Positions 58,993 through 64,000 of a stretch of 64,000 nucleotides of DNA are shown here, in pieces. The position numbers and the translations under genes are program-made. Below the pieces are notes generated by a model. It ran no database searches. It was given only the letters and a program-made list of their open reading frames with translations, and was not told where the DNA came from. Each line of letters starts with the position of its first letter. Position 1 is the stretch's first letter. The stretch is taken from assembly GCA_965208835.1 (NCBI GenBank), contig OZ242358.1, forward strand, positions 4,224,001 to 4,288,000, read 5' to 3'. The stretch is from Candidatus Latescibacterota bacterium (GTDB taxonomy: Bacteria; Latescibacterota; UBA2968; GCA-2709665).

Positions 58993-60144
58993 ATGACAAT
59001 ACCACGCATATTTGACGCTCCCCGGAAAAGCTTTTTTCTCCTGGGACCTCGCGGCGTTGGAAAAAGCACCTATCTGCGATTGGCGTTCCCGGATGCGCAC
59101 GTCGTGAATCTGCTTGCCGAGGATACGTACCAACGCCTGCTTGCGAATCCGGGCCTCCTTGCCGCGGAACTACGGGCCGTACCGGGTGACCGGTGGGTGG
59201 TTCTGGACGAAATTCAAAGATTGCCAACGCTGCTTAACGAAGTGCACCGTTTTATCGAAGAACGGCGGCTGCGCTTTGTATTGTGTGGGTCCAGTGCGAG
59301 AAAACTCAAACGCGCAGGTGTCAACCTCCTCGCCGGCCGCGCCCTGAATCGCGCGATGCATCCCTTTACTCCCGAGGAGTTGGGAGAGAGGTTCGTACTC
59401 CACGACGCCTTACAACACGGACTGCTGCCCATCGTATGGGATTCGGAGGACAGGGCAGAAACACTGGTTGCCTATACGCAGATGTATCTCAAAGAGGAGG
59501 TACAAGCCGAGGCGCTTGTGCGCAATTTACCCGGATTTGCGCGCTTTCTCCCCATTGCGGCGCTCTTTCACGGCCAGACCCTTAACGTGACCAACATCGC
59601 AAGGGAAGCTCGGGTTGCGCGCACCACGGTGACGGGATATCTGGAGATCCTGGAGGAAACGCTCCTCTGCTTCCAACTTCCTGCATACGAGACCCGACTG
59701 CGGGTGCGCGAACGCAAATTGCCCAAGTGGTATTGGTGCGACCCCGGTCTTGTCAGGGCGATGAAAAAGGTAACGACGCCTCCCGCGCCGGAAGAACGCG
59801 GCGCTCTATTCGAGGGCCTGATTGCCCAGTTGATCCGGGCGTACGGGGACTACCGTGATCTGTGCGAAGAATTCTACTATTGGTCGACCGCCGCACAGAC
59901 GCGAACCGAGGTGGATTTCCTGCTCAGTCGCGACGGAGAATTCGTGGCTATCGAAGTCAAATCCGGCGGGACGTTTGCGGAATCCTGGTGCAAGGGCTTA
60001 AGGGCCCTGTCCCAACTGCCGGGTCTTTGCCGCCGGCTTGTGGTCTATCCCGAAGGACCTGAATTACGTACCGCCGACGGTATCGAAATCCTCCCGTTTT
60101 CGCACTTCTCCAACCTGCTGGCCGCCGATGCCATATGGCCGTGA
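58993..60144 (+). CDS. AAA_14 ATPase + DUF4143 protein (second paralog)
   Basis: LGPRGVGKST, LDEIQR, CGSSARKL, LLAGRA, PKWYWCDPGL, EVDFLL...AIEVKS. Confidence 0.92.
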   Translation: MTIPRIFDAPRKSFFLLGPRGVGKSTYLRLAFPDAHVVNLLAEDTYQRLLANPGLLAAELRAVPGDRWVVLDEIQRLPTLLNEVHRFIEERRLRFVLCGSSARKLKRAGVNLLAGRALNRAMHPFTPEELGERFVLHDALQHGLLPIVWDSEDRAETLVAYTQMYLKEEVQAEALVRNLPGFARFLPIAALFHGQTLNVTNIAREARVARTTVTGYLEILEETLLCFQLPAYETRLRVRERKLPKWYWCDPGLVRAMKKVTTPPAPEERGALFEGLIAQLIRAYGDYRDLCEEFYYWSTAAQTRTEVDFLLSRDGEFVAIEVKSGGTFAESWCKGLRALSQLPGLCRRLVVYPEGPELRTADGIEILPFSHFSNLLAADAIWP

Positions 60145-60227
60145 GAATATCCGCTAAGCGAAGACGGAGGCCCACGAAGCTTTCCTGACATCGGATTCGT
60201 GTGAGAGTCCGCTACCATCTCCACAAT

Positions 60228-60261
60228 AAAAGGCACCCGCTTTTCGCAGGTGCCTGTTTTT
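60228..60261 (-). terminator. Rho-independent terminator downstream of tRNA-Leu
   Basis: AGGCACCcGC-TTTTC-GCaGGTGCCT hairpin flanked by A/T runs. Confidence 0.7.
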
Positions 60262-60265
60262 GTTC

Positions 60266-60352
<87 letters not shown>

Positions 60353-60435
60353 GCTGTTGAATCAGGGTTTGAGGAATATCCCCATCGGTGCACAAACTGT
60401 CAAGAGGAAACAGGCGTTCGGCGCCCCTACCCGCG

Positions 60436-60694
60436 CATCAACCGTTTCGGAAAGAGCGGGAGTACGTGCCGCCTGCCAGGTCTTGCCAAGGTCAAATGCG
60501 CTCCGGTATTATCGGATGCTGCAGTAGATCCTTCGTCGGCCCGGGGGGCACCCTTCGACAGGCTCAGGGCAAGTCCTCTGGATGACAGGCAGGGCGAACG
60601 GACACAGTTGAGAGGCTGTGCCAGGTGACGGTACCCTCGCCACATCAACCGTTTCAGGAAGAGCGGGAGTACGTGCCGCCCGTCAGGTCCTGCC
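60436..60694 (+). repeat. 52-bp direct repeats (60436-60487, 60643-60694) enclosing a REP composite
   Basis: CATCAACCGTTTC...GAGCGGGAGTACGTGCCGCC twice; CCCTTCGACAGGCTCAGGG at 60551. Confidence 0.75.
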
Positions 60695-60710
60695 GGGATC
60701 CAGCCTGCCT

Positions 60711-60854
60711 TCAGCCATCGAATGCAAGACTCATTGTATGCAGATTGATGATGGCACCGGATTCTATAAGGACTTGAGGGATCTCGATAGTTGATCCCCG
60801 ATAGTCAATAGACACCGATGTAAATGGCAGATCATACCTGCGTACCAGTTGCAT
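60711..60854 (-). pseudogene. Internally deleted retropepsin-like aspartyl protease
   Basis: MQLVRRYDLPFTSVSIDYRGSTIEIPQVLIESGAIINLHTMSLAFDG: N- and C-terminal motifs fused, catalytic DTG core absent. Confidence 0.55.
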
Positions 60855-61113
60855 ACAGCGCACGAAAACCCGACGATTGTCTTACTTGAATATCAAGTGA
60901 ATCACGACTGGTATGGAGATAATAATATTCCCGTTCGGGATATTGATGGTGAAGGGTTTGATACCGTTTCAAAGCTGTTTTGCCATCCGGGCATTCTTCA
61001 ACCACTGTCAGATGATTCAGATGCCGCCGACAATCAGAGGTTGTATGGGCTTCTAATGCCTCAACAATCAGCCACTTATCGGGACGGTCTTTGCATATCT
61101 CGGGCCAGCGCAT
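60832..61113 (-). CDS. Conserved small hypothetical protein (usual partner of retropepsin-like genes)
   Basis: MRWPEI...PDKWLIVEALEAH...YYLHTSR; AGAGG RBS. Confidence 0.65.
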   Translation of the reverse strand: MRWPEICKDRPDKWLIVEALEAHTTSDCRRHLNHLTVVEECPDGKTALKRYQTLHHQYPEREYYYLHTSRDSLDIQVRQSSGFRALYATGTQV

Positions 61114-61245
61114 ACAACCTATTCCTCTACAGATAGCGTTGTTTAAATTTCGCCTGACATACAAGCGGTCCGGGCACGGCAGACGGGGCTTCCTCAGGAT
61201 GACAGGCCGGGCGAACGCGATTGAGAGGGCACGCCAGGGTTCGCT

Positions 61246-61357
61246 ACCCCCCACCGCATCAGCCGTCGCCGCCCTTCGACAACCCTTCGGCAGGCTCAGG
61301 ACAACGGCTCAGGGAACCGGCTCGGCTTCTGCGACTCCCCCTAAAGGGGGGAGTGAT
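61246..61357 (+). repeat. Composite REP-like element, copy 3, with nested unit
   Basis: Same backbone as 14879-14976. Confidence 0.85.
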
Positions 61358-61448
61358 CAAACCGTCGAACGTGCTCCCGCCATTCGGTGCATGCCGCAGC
61401 ATGAAGGAGGAGCGGTTTTACTTTCTTGCAAAACCCAGATGCGGAACG

Positions 61449-62057
61449 CTACGGCCGCCGGTCCGCCGCGGGCGGGCCAAGAATCTCATTGTAGACAATC
61501 GCCTTGCGGACCGTTTTCGGCTTGAAGTCGAGGTGGATTCTCCGGCGGCGGGTTCTGCGGCGAGGCGCCACGACCAGCGGTTGGACATCCGGCAAGCCGT
61601 CCTGCTCTCCTTCCGCCGTGGTTTCCGCCCCGTCGCCGCTTGTCACGGGGTACTCGTCCCCTGGCGCATCGAAACCGGCCGGCCGATACTCATCCCCCGC
61701 GTAGTTTTCACTCACAGGGCGTGCGCCTCTCACTTCCCGAAACTCTCTCCCGCCCGCAGGTTCACTGACAGGACGGGCGCCCCGGATTTCCTGAAACTCC
61801 GGTCCCGTGGGCGCCTCGCTCACCCGGCGTGTGCCCCGTACCTCCTGGAACTCCCCGGCCATTGGCGTCGGCCCGGTCGGTTCCGGTTCCTGGAAGATGT
61901 CAACTTCCGGTGGATCGGCGTCCGGAACGCCCATCGGCGGCATTTCGAGATCCTCTTCCTCAAACTCCCGACGACGACGGCCTTCCAGTATCTTATTGAT
62001 CAGCGAGGAGATCACACTCAACGCGATAAACAGGATGACAACGAGTTCGAAATTCAT
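61449..62057 (-). CDS. Membrane-anchored hypothetical protein (YqfB-like) with 18-aa tandem repeats
   Basis: N-terminal TM helix; EF(Q/R)E(V/I)RG.R.VSE x3; C-terminal VRKAIVYNEILGPP; follows floA. Confidence 0.75.
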   Translation of the reverse strand: MNFELVVILFIALSVISSLINKILEGRRRREFEEEDLEMPPMGVPDADPPEVDIFQEPEPTGPTPMAGEFQEVRGTRRVSEAPTGPEFQEIRGARPVSEPAGGREFREVRGARPVSENYAGDEYRPAGFDAPGDEYPVTSGDGAETTAEGEQDGLPDVQPLVVAPRRRTRRRRIHLDFKPKTVRKAIVYNEILGPPAADRRP

Positions 62058-62060
62058 GAT

Positions 62061-63059
62061 CTACGCGTCTCCACCGTCCCTGTCTTCTTCAGGACTGTCT
62101 TCGGTTTCCGCGATTCCCTCGCGCATCGAGGTATCCGCCTGGATATTCTGCATCCGGTAATAGTCCATCACGCCCAGATTGCCGCTGCGGAACGCCTCGG
62201 CCATCGCGCGCGGGACCTCCGCCTCAGCCTCCACGACTCGGGCGCGCATCTCGACCACCCGCGCGCTCATCTCCTGCTCGTGGGCCACCGCCATCGCCCG
62301 CCGTTCTTCCGCCTTCGCCCGGGCGATTTTCAGATCGGCCTCCGCCTGATCCGTCTGGAGTTTCGCGCCGATATTGTCGCCCACGTCCACGTCGGCGATA
62401 TCGATCGACAGGATTTCGTACGCCGTACCCGAATCCAGCCCTTTTCCAAGCACGGTCTTCGAAATGAGATCGGGATTCTCCAGCACTGCCTTATGCGTTT
62501 CCGAAGAGCCGATCGTGGTCACGATCCCCTCGCCGACGCGTGCAACGATTGTCTCCTCGCCGGCGCCGCCCACCAGCCGATCGATATTGGCGCGCACCGT
62601 GACCCGTGACGTGGCTTTGACCTGTATGCCGTCTTTCGCCACGGCCGTGACCATCGGAGTGGAGATCACCTTGGGGTTGACGCTGACCTGCACGGCTTCC
62701 AGCACGTTGCGGCCTGCAAGGTCGATCGCCGCGGCCCGTTCCGTGGTGAGATTGATCCCGGCTTTGTCAGCCGCAATAAGGGCCGTTACCACGTTCTCCA
62801 CGTGTCCTCCCGCCAGGTAATGCGCTTCCAGGAAGGAGGTGGGAATGGCCAGACCGGCCTTGGTGGCGCTGATCTGCGACCCAAGGATGATTCGCGGGGG
62901 AACGCGCCGCAGGCGCATCCCCACCAATTCGCCGATACCGATCCGGACGCGGGCCGCAAGGGCCGAGATCCACAGCCCGACCGGTATGAAATAGAAGAAC
63001 AGGAACAGCGCAACGATTACGGCGACAACAATAACGAGAAGTAAAACTGCATCGACCAT
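62061..63059 (-). CDS. floA: Flotillin-like protein FloA (YqfA)
   Basis: [59 protein letters not shown]. Confidence 0.95.
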   Translation of the reverse strand: MVDAVLLLVIVVAVIVALFLFFYFIPVGLWISALAARVRIGIGELVGMRLRRVPPRIILGSQISATKAGLAIPTSFLEAHYLAGGHVENVVTALIAADKAGINLTTERAAAIDLAGRNVLEAVQVSVNPKVISTPMVTAVAKDGIQVKATSRVTVRANIDRLVGGAGEETIVARVGEGIVTTIGSSETHKAVLENPDLISKTVLGKGLDSGTAYEILSIDIADVDVGDNIGAKLQTDQAEADLKIARAKAEERRAMAVAHEQEMSARVVEMRARVVEAEAEVPRAMAEAFRSGNLGVMDYYRMQNIQADTSMREGIAETEDSPEEDRDGGDA

Positions 63060-63116
63060 ATTTCAGCTCCCCTTGTATCTTCTACCGATTGAATCGATCG
63101 GACTCAAGTCAGGACA

Positions 63117-63425
63117 CTAATTGGCGTCCTCGGCTTTACGAACCACGATCCGGTTGCCTTCAACCTCGACGACCCTGATCTGGCTATCCCTTTCGATAAA
63201 CTCGCCATCCGCGGCCACGTTGACCCGGCGCCCGTCAATCAGCCCTGTACCCGATGGGCGCAGCGGCGTATACGCCACCCCTTCTTTTCCCAATAGCGCT
63301 TCATGTTCTCCGGTGGCTACGTAGCCGGCGGCGGCCCTTTCGTCGGCGTGGAGCACGAACCATCTCCACAACCCAACCGAAACTGCGACGGCCAGGACGA
63401 CCAGAATTGCAATGGCTTCAATCAT
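63117..63425 (-). CDS. Short NfeD-family protein (TM + C-terminal OB fold)
   Basis: LLGKEGVAYTPLRPSGTGLIDGRRVNVAADGEFIE...VEGNRIVVRK. Confidence 0.8.
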   Translation of the reverse strand: MIEAIAILVVLAVAVSVGLWRWFVLHADERAAAGYVATGEHEALLGKEGVAYTPLRPSGTGLIDGRRVNVAADGEFIERDSQIRVVEVEGNRIVVRKAEDAN

Positions 63426-63468
63426 ACCGCGGCTCCGGTCCATCATCGACCATTTCTGGCCAGACCAA

Positions 63469-63631
63469 GTGTCCTGTCCCAAAAATTCCTCACCATTCGG
63501 CCGCCGATTCATCCCGTCTCGCTACGTTCCCCTCGCTCGCCGACCATACGCAGGTTGCCTGCGCTCAGGCGCCTTGCGAGACGGGCGACTCAGCGGCCGA
63601 ATCTAGGCAACTTATTTCCGTGACAGAACAC
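63469..63631. mobile_element. MITE-like element with ~18-bp imperfect TIRs and long internal hairpin
   Basis: GTGTCCTGTCCCAAAAAT...ATTTCCGTGACAGAACAC|TAG; internal ATTCGGCCGC...CCCGTCTCGC//GCGAGACGGG...GCGGCCGAAT. Confidence 0.6.
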
Positions 63632-63660
63632 TAGCCCGTATGGGCTCTTTCAACAGGCTG

Positions 63661-64000
63661 CTAACTTGCCTCTTCGGTCTTGCGGACCACGATCCGGTTG
63701 CCTTCAACCTCGACTACCGTGATCCGGCTGTCCTTTTCGATAAACTCCCCGTCGGCGGCGACGTTGACCCGCCGCCCGTCGATCAGACCCGTACCCGCGG
63801 GACGCAGCGGCGTAAAGGCGACGCCCTCCTTGCCCAGGAGTACGTCGTGTTTTTCAGTGGCAATGTATCCAGCGTCGCTGCGTTCTTCTTCGTGAAGCAC
63901 CAGCCACTTCCACGCGGACGTGCGCGGCAGCATTTTCAACATTAAGCCGGCGATCAGAACCGTCGTCAAAAACGACAGCAATAAAGGCCGGGCGCCCATT
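63661..64000 (-). CDS. NfeD-family protein, C-terminal part (truncated by window end)
   Basis: LLGKEGVAFTPLRPAGTGLIDGRRV...; upstream of floA as in nfeD-floA-yqfB operons. Confidence 0.85.
   Translation of the reverse strand, partial: MGARPLLLSFLTTVLIAGLMLKMLPRTSAWKWLVLHEEERSDAGYIATEKHDVLLGKEGVAFTPLRPAGTGLIDGRRVNVAADGEFIEKDSRITVVEVEGNRIVVRKTEEAS

Overview
High-GC bacterial chromosomal window. Three PhyH-type dioxygenases, many orphan sugar-metabolism enzymes and dense REP/MITE repeats suggest a sponge-symbiont-type lineage (inference only). 1-12.6 kb is a co-oriented defence island: a Type I R-M operon (hsdM truncated, hsdS, hsdR, YgjP/M48) with a Gabija-like OLD nuclease + UvrD helicase pair and a GmrSD-like DUF262-DUF1524 gene inserted between hsdS and hsdR, followed by Mrr. 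12.6-14 kb holds decayed HEPN, regulator/Fic-HTH and YgiT-type remnants. The rest is housekeeping and accessory genes: RND efflux, M16 peptidase, frdABCD, fumC, LysR, sugar-nucleotide enzymes, MeaB + B12-binding subunit, ABC transporter, tRNA-Leu(CAA), nfeD-floA. The most unusual signals are non-coding: an AAA+/DUF4143 gene bracketed on both sides by direct 3 x 23-bp arrays, 23-nt REP-like units inserted into other copies of themselves, and a three-copy MITE with 3-bp TNA target duplications. No CRISPR array, rRNA or intact transposase/integrase was seen. Family calls come from motif recognition by eye, not database searches.
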